A DNA stretch of 62,988 nt, the filler included, from Choristocarpus tenellus KU-1152 (taxonomy: Eukaryota > Protista > Phaeophyceae), in assembly GCA_964200185.2 (NCBI GenBank). It is 11 parts of 11 records of this genome, joined end to end, with 100 filler letters (N's around TTAATTAATTAA, not from the genome) between each part and the next. Parts side by side here need not be neighbours in the genome. Positions count along the whole stretch, not along the records: positions 19,185 to 34,385 come from CAXNAD020001035.1; positions 34,486 to 37,057 come from CAXNAD020026663.1; 9 more parts are not named here. One strand, written 5' to 3'. Positions 21,958 to 35,553 of this stretch are shown here, piece by piece. The notes under the pieces are model-generated. The model ran no database searches and was not told the origin of the DNA. It worked only from the letters and a program-made list of their open reading frames with translations. Every line of letters starts with the position of its first letter. Within the stretch, counting starts at the first letter, position 1. The position numbers and the translations under genes were made by a program.

Positions 21958-24900
21958 ATGGAAGCACCTGATGAAAACTGCACAATCGAAAAGGAGGATG
22001 AGTGGGAGGTCATCGAATCTGACGACGAAGAAGACAAGGTATGAGTAATCAGGAACGAGTGTTTTGAAATGATCCCCTTTCCCATACATCTCGACGTTTG
22101 AGGGCCAGAATTCCTAATTTTCATTTGAAGTTGTATGTAAGTCGGACTTTATCTACTGAGCCTGCCCGTGACCTCACTCTTGATATGGCCATCCATGTCA
22201 TCACTAGGGTTGTCTTTGACTCGTGGTTGTCCACCAATGATGCTGGTTCAAACCGTTGTGATATTTGACCATGTTTTGTTCTCACATTCTCACTAGCACC
22301 TTCCATATCACAACACATGGTATGGAACTTTTCCTCGTCAGTTTTTTCTCGATCCAGAAGGTCGAGTCCCGTTTGCTGGAAATGTGGATTTCGCCTTCCG
22401 AAGCTTCCCTGAGGCGATGGCGTCCTCAATGACCGAGGAAGAGACGAGATCGCGTGTTGTGGCCGATTGCCAGGTGCGCTGTCTTGCTTCGTCGGAAATA
22501 CTGTGCCGTATAGCAAGGTTTTCTCCTGGATGTTTTCTAAGTTGATTTCTTGAGTGCTCGATAGAACCTCCTCGTCTCCGTTCTCTATATCAACACCAAA
22601 GATCCCAGATGTACATACGAAGAGGTCCCAGAGTCAGGGCTCCGCCCTCGAAATTGTTGATAGGAGGACTAATGAAGTTGTTTTATTTGTTTCATGTGCC
22701 GGGTCAGATCGAGATGGTCTAACGAGTCAGCAAATTGTGGGCTTGTTTGCAATGAGTTGACTTCGCTCCAGATCCATCACGACCTGTTGCGCCATTCAAT
22801 ACCTACAAAGTACTACTCCCCCTGGCATATGGTTTGGTTATACTCCAAAGGAGTACGTATACAGTAGGACCCTGTCCTGCCTTGGAATAGCCCAGGTTCA
22901 GTGTTTCTAGAATAGCTGCACATATCTTGCAAGACACAAACGCGGACAGCCTAAGCAGGCATTAACAGCGCGTAATTGGGCTACGACTGCTTAACAGGCG
23001 GTCTTCTCTGTGCGGGCCATGCACCTTGAATACAGCACTGGCGAGACATTTTGGGTCCAGGTGAGATCTACTCATGAACTAGAAGGGTGACCGGAGGCAG
23101 TTGTAGAGCATTTTTTTTCAATGATACTGGTATATTTCCACAATTAAACGGAGTCCATCACAATGAGTCTGGCGCATGGAATGGGCCATGTTATGGTGAT
23201 GCAGTCACACGACCCAAGTTGATCTAGTTCAGCAATATAGTACAAGGAAGCATCAATGTGCAGCCTGTATTCCCCTTCTTGCCCTACCTACCCTCAAGTC
23301 ATTGTGCCTTCCCTAATCCATTTCTTCTTCCTGAAGGCAGACGCTAAGCCTCGAAATTGCCTTGAAACTATGGCATTGGATATTTTCAAGGCTCACACTT
23401 GTGGAGCCAGGTTTAATTCTGCCAAATCTGGAGCGGAGTGGTGGACTCAGGTGGGTATCACTTTTTTTTTTTTAGTATTCCCTTCTTTTTTTTTTTGTGA
23501 GTGGGACGCCCGTTCGTTTCAAATCTTTTTTTTTTAAGTATTTTTTTTCAATTTGATTTCACAATGTGTAGTGCACCTTGGCAACAGCTAGCTATGTCTC
23601 CGTCGGTGTTGTTGTTGGTGATCAGCTTTTGATGATATTGAAAAGGTTGGCATTCTGTCTTTGGCTTTGATCTCTTTTCTTTGTGTATCGTTTGTTCCAT
23701 GTATACGTTTTTTGTTTAAAAAATAAATCAATCAAGAATTGAATCCCCCTACACCCAAATATCTTTCTATTTTATGGAATAAAACATATAAAACTGCTTT
23801 ATATGTTTTGAGTAAATATACAAAAAGCCTGAATTCACGTTTATCAAACATAGCTATATAATTCTGTTTATACATAAGTAGTGTCTGAACGAAAAGGCTT
23901 CAACAATAGTTATTAATCTCTTTCGGGTCTAATTCCCCGAAGCTCTGCTTCGTGATATAGTGTCTAGATGGAAAAAAGCAGTTATATACATAAGAGCCAT
24001 AATGTTACAGCACTAATATATCACTTAGTACCCATCAGGTGATTTTTGAATATGCGGATGTTGTAACTGATATGTTGTGCAGACCATTGCACGTAGAATA
24101 TCACATCCTATTTTAGTCTTCTAGGCAGTACAATTAGCTATAGCCATATTTGAGTACATGGGTATCTAATCTACAGTAGTGTGTTTTAGATAAAGAGCAT
24201 TCTAGTAGCCTGAGCATATCCTCATTCTTCCATTGATCGCCTGCCAGGAATTGCCCGCCATAAATTGATTATTTTCATCTCAATGAATTCATGAGCGTTT
24301 GGATGGTGATCAAGCAATAAATTGATTCCTGATTGATCTCGAATGAAATGACATGGGGCTGCAACGTAGTGTATCTCTTGGATAGTGACTAAGACATGTT
24401 ATTCAGATACAAAGCATACCTAGCCCCAATTGGCAATTGGTATCATTGCAGAAAGCAATCATTAGTTCTTACTTTCAGGGTCTTGACCCGGTCTGCATGG
24501 CTAAGTTTGTGGCAATAGTTGATCGTGTTGTACAGGAAGTAAGGCAGTAGAAGATTTGACCCAATTTTTCCCTGACAGCAACGGCTGCGGTTGTAAGGTA
24601 ACAACATCGTCACACAAGATGACCTTTACTTACTTATCATTTTGTCCTCTTTCATGGCACTCTGGCGTAGGTTGAAGAATTGATGTCACACAAGAAGGTC
24701 TAATTGGCCTCGAACTGGATAGTATGTTGTGATTCTGTTCTTCATTGGAGGAGAGTGTGTGATTTTGGAAATGGGGAGTACAGACTGCACACCTTCCAAC
24801 CCTGTAACTAAACTATGGCAAATTGTATTGGCAGGTCATTGAAGACTCGGATGATATTGGCTGGCATTGGGATAAAGATTACGCCATGGAAACTGCAGGC

Positions 24901-27549
24901 GTTAATGTCCACCCTTGTCTCGCCACAGTGACATATCTATCGAGCAATGGTGGTCCGACAGTGATACTTCAGAAACAGGTCTCTCAGTCGCAGTACAAAA
25001 CGGAAATGGTGTGCGGGTTTGCTGAAGCAGCACTTGCAAGCAAGTGCTGAGCGTGTCTGGCTGGCCTCACAAAAAACGTTTTTTTTTTTTTTGTCTGAAT
25101 TTTTCTTCTTGTGAAGAGATCATTTCTATGCGCAACGCAAATCAGCTCCGAACATGTGTTCAAGGAGGGTTCCAAGGCATCAACACCCTTGCATTGTCTG
25201 GAGTGGAGTTTACCTCACCCCCTCGTTGCGTGCGTCACAGCAGAGCGATGACACAACAGCACCCGAGCTCTTACTTGCTCATGTGACTCTGTCTACATCA
25301 CATCTTGTGCCTGTATATTTTCCACCGAGCCTGACCTGTAGTCTCCCTGGTGTTCACCAGGGACCGATGGAGTGTGAGGATGAGGAAGGGGTAGAGGGAG
25401 AGGCTCCGAGATCTTGGGTCAGCCATCCCTCCATTGGAAAGCACATATCATTTGATGGGAGATACTTGCATGCTGCTCCTGCCGACATGGTGATGAGGTC
25501 GGCCATGGGCTCAAGGTAGTAACGAGCTCAGAATTTTCGTTGGAATTATCGGTGTCCAATGCGTTGAACCTTCTTGGAAACAGGGTTGCTCAAAGGAGGG
25601 ATGGGGCGAAGTGTCCCATTGAAAAAAACGGTCCCCACTTTCAAGTTGTTTGTTCACCATGAACGTGAGCCAAAAAAGAGCACTGTGCAATTTTGTTGTG
25701 TTGATCTTCATATAATTTTTTCATTCAGTACAGTGTAGCCTAGCCTACCAAGGATCAGGCCGCGCTTTCTGTCCTGGGGGTGTTTTTTAGTCTCTGCAAG
25801 CAGAGGTGTGAATAAGGTCTGGGCATGTTGGTGTCATCTTACGGACAAAGTGGAGCTTCAATTGTGGCTAGAATAGCAACATGACATTCAGTTAACAACT
25901 ACGTACACAAACTATAGTCCAGTGTGCTGAAGTTTTGATTAACGTGCTGTAAAACAAATCGCCTTGGGAACTGTCCCACCAATCAAGTGCGGGGGAGGTC
26001 GAGCAAGCAGAAGCTGGAGTGAAACGCGAGCTTGACGGAGGCCCAAAGGATGCACATACAACTAAACAAAGAGTCACTGCAGATGAGACTACTGTGGCAG
26101 TCAGTGGCAGGTGAGAATAGGTACAGCAAGCAGAATGGGCACTGAACAGTCAGGTTTGTGGAGAAGACAGACGGCATCCAGTCCACCTGAGTCCATGCGG
26201 AGATCAATATGCGATATGCTGGTAGGTTCTCTTTTTGAAGTCTAAACATTTTTTTTTTGTAGTATTGCTGGGTTTCAGGTGTTGGATGGATACCTTCTTG
26301 TTAGTCTCAAGGGTGCAAGGGTTAACTGTGTTGTGGTGTCTTTGTGTCTGCTTCATCTCTGAGTTCGAAGGAAGTAAGATCTGACGCCGTTGAATTATCT
26401 ACCTATATTTGTGTGCAGTGTTAGGGTGCAGCTTGCAATCTTGTTCGATAACTCTGAATTACGCAGCTCAGCCCTGCAGATTTGCAGTTTTGTCCTTGGG
26501 TGTTGGGTGGGATGAGATGTGTGATCACTTGGGAAATGATGTACTCATTTTGTAATGAAATTGTAGGCGTGTTGTAATTTGCTGTGCTGTGTTCTATGTC
26601 ATGGACATGCTGGGGTGAGCATTCACAATCATGTTATATGTTACGGTGGATCTGTATGTTATCTGGATATCACATAAAAAATATCATTGTTCAAATTTGT
26701 ATCGTACATGGGGAAATGCATTCGTTGCAGTTGCGGGAGATAAGATAAGCTCTTGACTCAATGAAATGACCCTCTTCCCATTGCCCCTGTCATTGCTTCC
26801 CCATCTTCATGTAACATCTTGTGGATAACGTTGGTAACAAACTCTGGAAACCTCTTGCAAACAGACTCCGGGTGACGTTCCTTGTTAATGTGTGGCTCAA
26901 CCATAAGCCCAGTAGTGCAGTCCCCCTTCCAGAGACCACTGCCAACGCCCTAAGCAAAAGCACAATCCCCCTAGATCTGGGTTCTGAAACGGCAAAGGCG
27001 GGTCCATTGGTTTGCATTAATGTTGAGGGGACCGCTAGTTCCAACACATCTAGTGCCGGTTGTGGTTCCTCTTGTACCAAGCTGATCCAAGCACCTGGTA
27101 CTGACTTGAGACCTGAACACAACCATTGTACTTCTGAGGAATGCTCTGGTCATGGAAAGATAACCCCAGAAGAGAATTCCGCACCCCACGGGCAAGCAGT
27201 GAGCAAAGAGTCACTTACCCCAGAGCAAGATAAGCTTGGACAAGGGAAAGATACGGTGGGGTCATTGTTATGTTCTGATGCTCGTGATATGCAGTGGGTG
27301 TTTGGAGAGGCAGGCAGGGGAGCAGACAAGCAAGTCCATGAGAGGTATAAGGTGGTAATGCCAGTGCCCAAGGCTGTGATGGTGGGAGGAGATGGAGGGG
27401 GGGTAAAAGATGGTGCCAGCTTTGTATTGGAGTTCGGACTTGGTAGGCGTGCTTGTGTGTCGATGTTGGGTGACCTGGAGTCCTCAGAGGAAGAGAGTCG
27501 AGGTAGTAGTAGCGATGAGGATGAGAGTGGAAGTGGGGAAGCAGGCTAA
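21958..27549 (+). CDS. Uncharacterised 2OG-Fe(II) dioxygenase-like protein, complete 8-exon model, 498 aa
   Basis: Exons 21958-22038, 22342-22473, 22998-23060, 23337-23450, 24835-24978, 25361-25515, 25988-26110 and 26865-27549 splice in phase from ATG to TAA (1497 nt). Motifs SGAEWW, HWD (HxD), ATVTYLS, FDGRYLH and RVTFLVNVW fit an HxD...H...R double-stranded beta-helix. Both termini are acidic. Confidence 0.85.
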
Positions 27550-28399
27550 GAAGTTAGCTTAAGTTGGGGGGCTAGTGTTGGAGTTTCAACAGGGAAGATA
27601 TGCTGGACACAGGTCTATTTTTGGAAGGCTGTACTCCGACAAGTCTTTGGTGAATAGGTGAGAGACTCACTAATACCTCTTGACATGGGTTCTTATGACT
27701 GTTGTTGGAAAGTATAGTATTGGTTCTTTTCAAGGTGTGATTGTTCTGTTATCACGCGCGAGCTGATCTCATCAAAGAGTACCGAAACGAGAGCCGATGG
27801 CATTTCTCCAGAAATCCATTCATATTCTATTGATAAATGAAATAGACACCAACGACATGCCCGTGCTCCCCGGAGTATGAACATGCCCTTAAACATTTCA
27901 ATTGTATTTTGGGAGGGGGCTTCATTGGTTCGTATTTTGGATAAACCCTTGTAGTATTGAATGCTACCACATCGGTAGACTCTTTTGAATTGTTGGAAGC
28001 TGGAATTTTTACGCAGGTGGATTCATATAATACAGCCTACGAAACAACACGCAGAGGTTTTCCTATTATTTAGTTTAATCTGGATCAGTTTCACCTTGTA
28101 GAGGTGTTACAAAATATTAGCACCACAACCTCTTGTGACTTGGGATGAAATGGTATGTTCTGATTCAGGAAGACACAACATACCAACCTGACACACCATG
28201 AGCAACAATGGTAGTGATGGTTTATGCGAGGAGTCGAAGAAACACCCCGCATCTTCTGAAAAATATCAATCTATCATAGTGCACCATTTTTACAAACAAC
28301 GTCCCTGAGAGGATATGTTCCTCTAGCTGGAAGGAAGAAGCACCAGTATAAAGTTTGAGCCTCAAGCTCCAAGACTTGGCTTCACGTTACCATTAAAAA

Positions 28400-29570
28400 T
28401 GTGGTCAATCCATCTCGGTGAGACCAACTTATGCTTCCCTGAAGAGACCTGTCAAATGCTGTAAATGGTGGATGTACTCGAGTGAAAGGGTGAGGATGGT
28501 GGTTTGAAGCCTAGATGATGGAGATGATTCTCGCACTTGAACCCGACAGTGCTGTTGTTTGTCGTTGTTGATCCATCTCCTCTCCTCCATTTGTTTGTGT
28601 CGACTGTATGTCAGTACCACCTCGTTTTCACTAGGCAGTGTGGACTGCAGCAACCCATAAGATGGTAGCAACTGCAGAGTGTATTGGGAGTCCATCTCGT
28701 GTGCTGCACATTATGGGTTGTCCAAAAACCTGAGCCCAAAGAAGATTGGATCCAACGGTGATGAATCTCCACTGGGGCTGTTATTGCGGGAGATCAAAGG
28801 TTGGAACGGGAGGACGCTGTGACTCTCACCTGACCATCACTTGCCGCGATTGAAGTATATGCACTCATGAGTTGTTTATTGGACTACTGAAGTTTTGGGC
28901 TTTGCTCTATTCTAAGTTGTAGCAAAGGAATATCATTATGGTAGTGACCATTTTCTGTCAGCAGTATGATGAAATGACAGACTGAACTAACAAAAGGGTT
29001 TGGGGATTCGCTCATATTGCATACACGAATATTGCCAAAACACCGGAAGGTATATTCCCACATGAAGGTACATGACTTCATGGAGGATATGCAGCACCGA
29101 TGAGATCATTAAAAAAAATAACAACCGTGAATTGATGGCATCTCTAAATGCCTTTTGTGCTATTGTTGCTACTATCATATCAAGACTCAATCAGGTACTT
29201 TCCATTGTCAACACTGAGCAGTTAGATTTTCTCCTATCCCTTACAGTGTGCAGTGCATGGCACACCAATGGAACTGCTAATATTTCCACCACAGGAGAAA
29301 ATGATGGGATAGCTCCTGCAACACATGCACCTATTCAGCGAAACAAAATGTTTCTACTCAACTCAATGTACACTAGGAGTTGAGGGCATAGTATATTCCA
29401 AATGGTGACGCACACTTGTAGAGAGAGCTTCATCTAGGTTCGAACAGGTCAACCATACGGCATGTCCTGAGATGCATTGCGGAGGTGATTATCGTGGAAT
29501 TTTTCAACTCGGTTGTATCTATGCATCACAGATCACCCATTGGCGGCATAACCAGTTGACCTTGATTCCT
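28400..29570 (+). pseudogene. Possible heavily decayed hAT-like transposase
   Basis: The frame-broken remnant PFSVS/YDEMTD*TNK at about 28950-28995 resembles the hAT FSxxxDExTD motif. There is little other support. Confidence 0.3.
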
Positions 29571-29575
29571 AAACT

Positions 29576-29752
29576 GGCACAAAGTATCTGGGAGGGGGTG
29601 CCGACTGTCCATTTGGGACCAATTTTATATATCGCGACTTTTGGGTGATTTGGTTCCATACATTGGATGGATAATGAAAGTGCACTTTTCCTGGTTTTGG
29701 TCCAAATGGACACTCCGGTGTAGACCCCCCACCCCCCCAGATACTTTGGGTC
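29576..29752. mobile_element. MITE family B (~175 bp), followed by one end of a family A copy (about 29753-29825)
   Basis: TIR ggcacaaagtatctggg...cccagatactttgggtc; internal gtccatttggg / ccaaatggac motifs. Confidence 0.85.
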
Positions 29753-30934
29753 TAAACCCATGGGAAGTCAAGCCCCAGATGGACAAACAGGGCAAAACGC
29801 GTACCCTCTAAGATAATTTCACTCAATGTGGAGGAAATGGTTGGGTGAGTTTAGTGGTCCCACGTTATTAAGCACTACAATTTCCCCGCAACAGAAAAAA
29901 TGTCAATTTGACCTAACGTTCTTAGAGTTAATCATGTCATATCAATACGAATTTGAATTGCCACAATCATATCAAATATCAAAGCACTTTAAATAAATTT
30001 GAGACCGATCACTTTCAATAGCAGTTACGACTGTTGGACAGCTTTTTGCTGGGTTCTATGAACTAGTATACAATATGATGACCTGCTACATTTGTTTCAA
30101 CCGACAAGGGATGAAGTCGGAGTCTAACCAACAGAGAGTTGGCAGGGTTGCATTTTAAGGATCCTGAGAAAGTATGAAAATATCCCATTTTGTACAATTT
30201 CAGAAAGGGGCCTTTGCTGAATTTTGGTGTCACTTTGTGTGTGGACAAGGTGAGTATCAATTTTGCGCACACTATTGTGCACAAAAAACAATGAAATATA
30301 GTGTACTGCATAGGGCAAGAAAGATGGCCTAGAGTACAAAGGGTCAAAACCTGCCTATCTCAATTGGTTTGACTCTCGCCTACACAGTGTATGGCGCTGG
30401 GTGCAAGCGAATCCAAATAGCCGTAAACTATGGCTCTGGAAAGAATTCTGGAGACTTGAGATCACACAGCTTGCTGTTGGGTGATGTAGGGTGCAACAGC
30501 AACCGCGCAGCTACCAAAGCAGTCAGCCCAAGTAAAAATTGAACACTTAACATGTTCCTGTGGCATATGAAGAAATTTTAGTATGGCGTACTGTGCTTTT
30601 GCAGCAATGCGCTGATTAGAGTTCAATTTAATACCTTGCGTAAAATGAAAACTTATTTTTTGTGTGGTGTATGATGTCAATGTATCAATTATCGCGTTTG
30701 GACTCACACGTCCCCCATTGGGATCAACATTCAATTGAAGTAAAAGCATAGAGGTTGGTAATCCATGAGCTAATCTTTAGAATTCTGACTTCTACCGAGT
30801 AAATATTAGGAGGTCAGCGGAATGGTATAGTGCTGTATGGTTGTTCCTCACCACAAAAAACTCCCACATACACCGCTAGTAGCTTTTTTCGTAGTCATAT
30901 CGTACTGCGGACTAAACCGAAACGCCGTTCAATA

Positions 30935-31420
30935 ATATATTTATATTTTGCCCTCTCACCAAAATCTAGGCTACAAAATGAAGGTCTTACACAAGAAGAG
31001 TGGCCACTTGCAAAAGGTTTATAGAAAAGTAAACTAAATTATACATGATCTCTCCAAGGAGACTGTTCCCAACAAACCAATGTTCATACTACTATTATGT
31101 CTCCAGCCTTGCCCAACAAAGGTGGGTGAGGAGCGGTAGGGAAGAATCCCAAGAGTCTCTAAGGCCCCTGCAGACCCCCCCACAGGGTGTCTCCAGCTTG
31201 AAACGCATCACCCTTGAAATAGTGACTTGTACAGTGACAGATATAAGCGGGCGAGTCTTGACATCTCCTTTCCTGCTGCATTCCCCAGCCTGTCTCAACC
31301 CTACCACATGGATGGATGGCCAATCAATCATCAAGGAAGCTATCTCGTTTACCCAGGCGCCTAGAACTTTCCACCATGAAGGTGCTGATATTAACACTAC
31401 AAAGATCCCTTCTGGCTTTT
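30935..31420 (-). mobile_element. CRE-like non-LTR element, 3' fragment
   Basis: ORF 31095-31397 contains RKGDVKTRPLISVTVQVTISRVMRFKLETP, homologous to RKGAVKSCL*QIVSVTTQVALSRRVKSF*LESP at 18430-18530. Confidence 0.65.
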
Positions 31421-32903
31421 AAAACATTGATTGGGATACTCCCACTAAATATGGGAACCGAATAGTACATACCAGAACGAGCAAATATAGTAAAATATGA
31501 AGAATATGGAATATTTTAGTAGAAGAACTGAAAAGGAGTAGTATATTTCGAAGAACATATACGAAGTATATACGTATAATGTTTTTCACTTCTTTTTTTG
31601 TGCATATGGTATGATGTAGGGGTATATGCATGCACCTGGCTAATAATAAGATCTGTTCCAATCCTGAAAAAATTTGTATGCCCTAGTCCCACTCTGACAA
31701 TGTTGTATGTCGAAGTACTAAATATATATATTTTTTATCATAATATCCAATATTTAGTGCTATGGAGTGTGGGTCAAATAGTGTTCTGATATGATCTATT
31801 TTGGAAATAGACACATCATTCTAGATAAATAGAAGAACAGTTCGAGCCCAGATAATATATTCTTTTGGAAGGGTTGGGTTGGGAAAATGTGATATACTCG
31901 AGTCGGCCCAGAGCGAAAAAATATTTCCCAGACCAGGTCATAGGTCGTCCCAGGTGATGTGCATTTTGGTGGGACCAGGCTGGGCCTTCAGAAAATGTCT
32001 GGACCGCAGGCCTCCCAGCTAATTGCTGCCCCTATGTAAACCCCTGAAATTTAGTTCAAAATCATGGAGGGGACCCGTAAGCAGCTGGTCAATCATTGAG
32101 CCTCCAGGTGTGACTAGAAAAAAAATCTCGAAAGGCCCTTCCTCACACATAGTATAACATAGGGATCCATTGGGCCTGTACAGTGGTAAGAGTGTTTGGC
32201 CACTCTTATTGTCAGATGAAGAACCAGTAACCAGTCACCAAACCTTGGATGGATGATCTGTCGATGTGAAAACTGATAGAATCTTGTACCTACCTTGATT
32301 TTCGCACTCTTTGCTGTCGAGGTTTGGTCCTTTTTTGATAAAAAGTGTGGAATATCCTCTACGTTGGATATGTCCTTAGTGCTTAGATTTACGTGGACTA
32401 TGTTATGCTGTTACAAAATTGGCTGTTTGTATATTTTCGATTCGGGAGTTTGTGTTGTTTGATGAGGTGTGGAGTAGGAGCTACCTCTTGTAGGTTATTT
32501 GGCTTGGGTTTTGGACCGTGTGATGAAGCATGAGTTAGTATGTCAGCTCTAGTGGTTGGGCTATCTGCTTGTTAATTACCTTGGTCTTTCAGCAATCCAA
32601 GGGCGCGAGGAGAAGACTTGTGTGTTGTAGGCACCAGGACTTCCATGCGGATGAATTATTTACAGGTATGTTCACGTTTGTATTGAGGAATATATTATGT
32701 CCATTATGAAGCGCACAACGTCATATCAATGTCCTAAAGTGCGATATCCAGGAGATACGAATGTGCGATCGGCGTCGAGTGCGTCCGTATAGCATTGAAG
32801 GAGTACTGCATATTAATGACCACATTTCAACAGGACACAACAAATCCATTACATTGTGATGTTTATGTAATTATGATGTAAGAACAGCTACTTCTCTGAC
32901 TCA

Positions 32904-33159
32904 GAAAAAAAATATCTTGGAGGGTACGAGTTTTGCCCTGTTTGTCCATTTGGGGCTTGGCTTCCTATGGGTTCTTTTATGACATTTTCCTACTCCCAAA
33001 ATGTTTTGGAGTAGGTAAAATGTATACATTATGAAAAGGCGTGTCCGGAATAAGGATATTGAAACTAACAAACACGATAGCCAAAATTACGTCAAAATCG
33101 CAACATTGGATTTTGGCACCCTAATGGACACGGCCCCACCCTCTAAGATACTTTGGCTC
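32904..33159. mobile_element. MITE family A (~260 bp), left end degraded
   Basis: Colinear with 56225-56482; ends ccctctaagatactttggctc. Confidence 0.85.
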
Positions 33160-33188
33160 TCTAAAACAAACACACAAGCATATTTTAA

Positions 33189-33361
33189 GGCTCAAAGTAT
33201 CTGGGGGGGGGGTGGCGGCTGTCCATTTGGGGTCAATTTTTCATGTAGCGATTTTTGGGCGATTTGGTTGCATACGTCGATGGATAATGTGAGTGCACTT
33301 TTCCTGATTTTACCCCAAATGGACACCCTGGTGTAGACCCCCCCCCCAGATACTTTGTGTC
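33189..33361. mobile_element. MITE family B, complete
   Basis: TIR ggctcaaagtatctggggg...ccccagatactttgtgtc, flanked by TAA on both sides. Confidence 0.9.
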
Positions 33362-33547
33362 TAATTCCGATGTTGAAGTTCTATGATATCTAAATATACC
33401 ATGACGTACACGAGTAATCGTAAGGAATAAATTGAATATATACATTATAAACATCGATAGTAATCACGACAATAAACGAAGGTGTAGCAGCACACATAAA
33501 CATAAATGATGAAAAATATTTTAAAAAGAACGTAACAAATGAAATAT

Positions 33548-34228
33548 CTACCCCGACAACAATGTCCAACCTCTCTCTAGCACAAGATCTTCATGGAAGC
33601 TATGTGCTGGATCGATGAAGGAGAGGGTGACACACGAGTACGAAATACAGAAGATTATAGCCTGTCCAACGATAGATCTCTCTTCTGAGTTACGGTAATG
33701 TGGGACTCGTCCAGAACCAAGACCGTGTCGGAGCGTCTCGCTCTGCACTGTACTGTTAATTGTAACCTGTTCGGACATCACAGGCCCCATCATCGCCATC
33801 TGGCCAACCCAGTCCAACATCGTCGTAAAAGTGATTTGGGGGTCGGACCCCCGCGGCATTTTTACTGTCATCACCTTCTTTCGGAGCCTAGCTATCTCCT
33901 CGTCTGAGTGGATTAAGAAATGTCCCCTCAGCTGCTGCCAAGCTACCGAAGGTGGCGCTGCATTGTGGATAATACACCTGTAGAAGTCAGTTGTGCTTCT
34001 TAACAAGATGTCAAATGCCTTCTTGGCCTTGGTGGTCTCTTCTTCATCCATATCTTCCCCCTTAATAAAGTCTATGTCACCAACTCTGATGGGGTCATCC
34101 TTGTACTCCAATGCCTCATCGATATTTCCCTTAGCACCCAGGAATGCACGGGTTGTGGCGAACCAATCAGCATAATAGTTGTCATCAGTTAGTTGAAGTA
34201 GTTTGGAATGAAACCCATCTGAAGCCAT
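33548..34228 (-). mobile_element. Ty1/copia gag-like ORF (truncated)
   Basis: LTDDNYYADW...RAFLGAKG, KAFDILL, AWQQLRGHF, ARLRKKVMTVKM follow the copia gag/UBN2 pattern. No pol follows. Confidence 0.7.
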
Positions 34229-34316
34229 GAGTGATGTGATACCAACTCAAACCAAACCAATCTGGCTGCGCCTCCCTTAGCTAGAGTTTGGATTAGGCGC
34301 TTAAGTGTGTTGAGAA

Positions 34317-34385
34317 GGCTCAAAGTATCTGGGAGGGGGTGGCGGCTGTCCATTTGGGGTCAATTTTTGTATGTCGCGATTTTTG
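34317..34385. mobile_element. MITE family B, cut by contig end
   Basis: ggctcaaagtatctgggagggggtggcggctgtccatttggggtc matches the 33189 copy. Confidence 0.85.
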
Positions 34386-34617
34386 NNNNNNNNNNNNNNN
34401 NNNNNNNNNNNNNNNNNNNNNNNNNNNNNTTAATTAATTAANNNNNNNNNNNNNNNNNNNNNNNNNNNNNNNNNNNNNNNNNNNNGGGGGGGGGGGGGGG
34501 GGGGGGGGGGTGGCTGGAAGTAGGGAGGTTGATCGAGCTCCATTTGAGGCCTCAAAGTAAGAACAACCCGATGTAACTACATACATATTTAAATACATTC
34601 ATCTACTTCAAATTCAA

Positions 34618-34865
34618 ATACATGCATACATGCATACATACATACATACATGCATACATGCATACAGACATACATACATGCATACATACATAAATACATA
34701 CATAAATACATACATACATACATACATACATGAATGGGTGGGGTTCGATGAATCCTTACAATAAGAACAAGGTAATGTAGTACTCTGGAGCATGTATGTG
34801 TATACTTTCAAGCTACGTACACATATGTATGTATGTATATATACATATGTATGTATGTACATGTA
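34618..34865. repeat. (CATA)n/(TATG)n microsatellite
   Basis: Direct reading; a (TTACAG)7 tract follows at about 35026-35069. Confidence 0.9.
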
Positions 34866-34893
34866 GGCATCAAATACGAACAGCCCAACTGAC

Positions 34894-34999
34894 CTGTTCC
34901 AGGCGACGCAGCCTATCCCCAGAGGCATCCACTTTTTTCTGCAGGTCATCCTGATCTTTCTTCAACGCCAAGCAACTATCTCTCTCATTCAGGGCACGC
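34894..34999 (-). CDS. Orphan exon encoding a coiled-coil-like peptide
   Basis: cacag|...cag|gtcagt borders around RALNERDSCLALKKDQDDLQKKVDASGDRLRRLEQ, in otherwise low-complexity DNA. Confidence 0.55.
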
Positions 35000-35359
35000 C
35001 TGTGCAGAGTCTTTTTTATTTATTTTTTACAGTTACAGTTACAGTTACAGTTACAGTTACAGTTACAGTACCGTTGTAATCACCCAGTGACAATGCGGAG
35101 GTTAAACCCAACAGGATATATATGGTAATAAAATAAATAATGATAATAACCACAACCACAACAATAATAATAATTGTAACAATGATAGTAATAACGACCA
35201 CAATAATAATAATCATAGTAGTAGTAATAATGGTAGAAAATAACAATAACCGCAATAACAATAACGATAATGATAGTAATAACATTAATAACAGGAACGG
35301 GTTAGGATTAGGGTTTATTGGTCCATGCCATTTTGTTTACTGGTCCAACACCGACTGAA

Positions 35360-35553
35360 GGGTACAGGAACGATAAAGGTACAACGAGGGGTGACACAAT
35401 AAAGGTACAATGAGGACTGACACAATAAAGGTACAACAAGGACTGACACAATAAAGATACAACAAGGGGTGACACAATAAAGGTACAATGAGGACTGATA
35501 CAATAAAGGTACAACAAGGGGTGACACAAAAAAGGTACAACGAGGGGTGACAC
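35360..35553. repeat. Minisatellite, about 7 units of 26-27 bp
   Basis: Repeated gacacaataaaggtacaaYRagg(ggt/act). Confidence 0.95.

Noticed and set aside
34237-34244. TGGTATCA as a tRNA-iMet primer-binding site
   Set aside because: Only 8 nt match and it does not directly follow an LTR-ending CA.
35360-35553. CRISPR-like array
   Set aside because: The units are contiguous with no unique spacers, there are no cas genes, and the context is eukaryotic.
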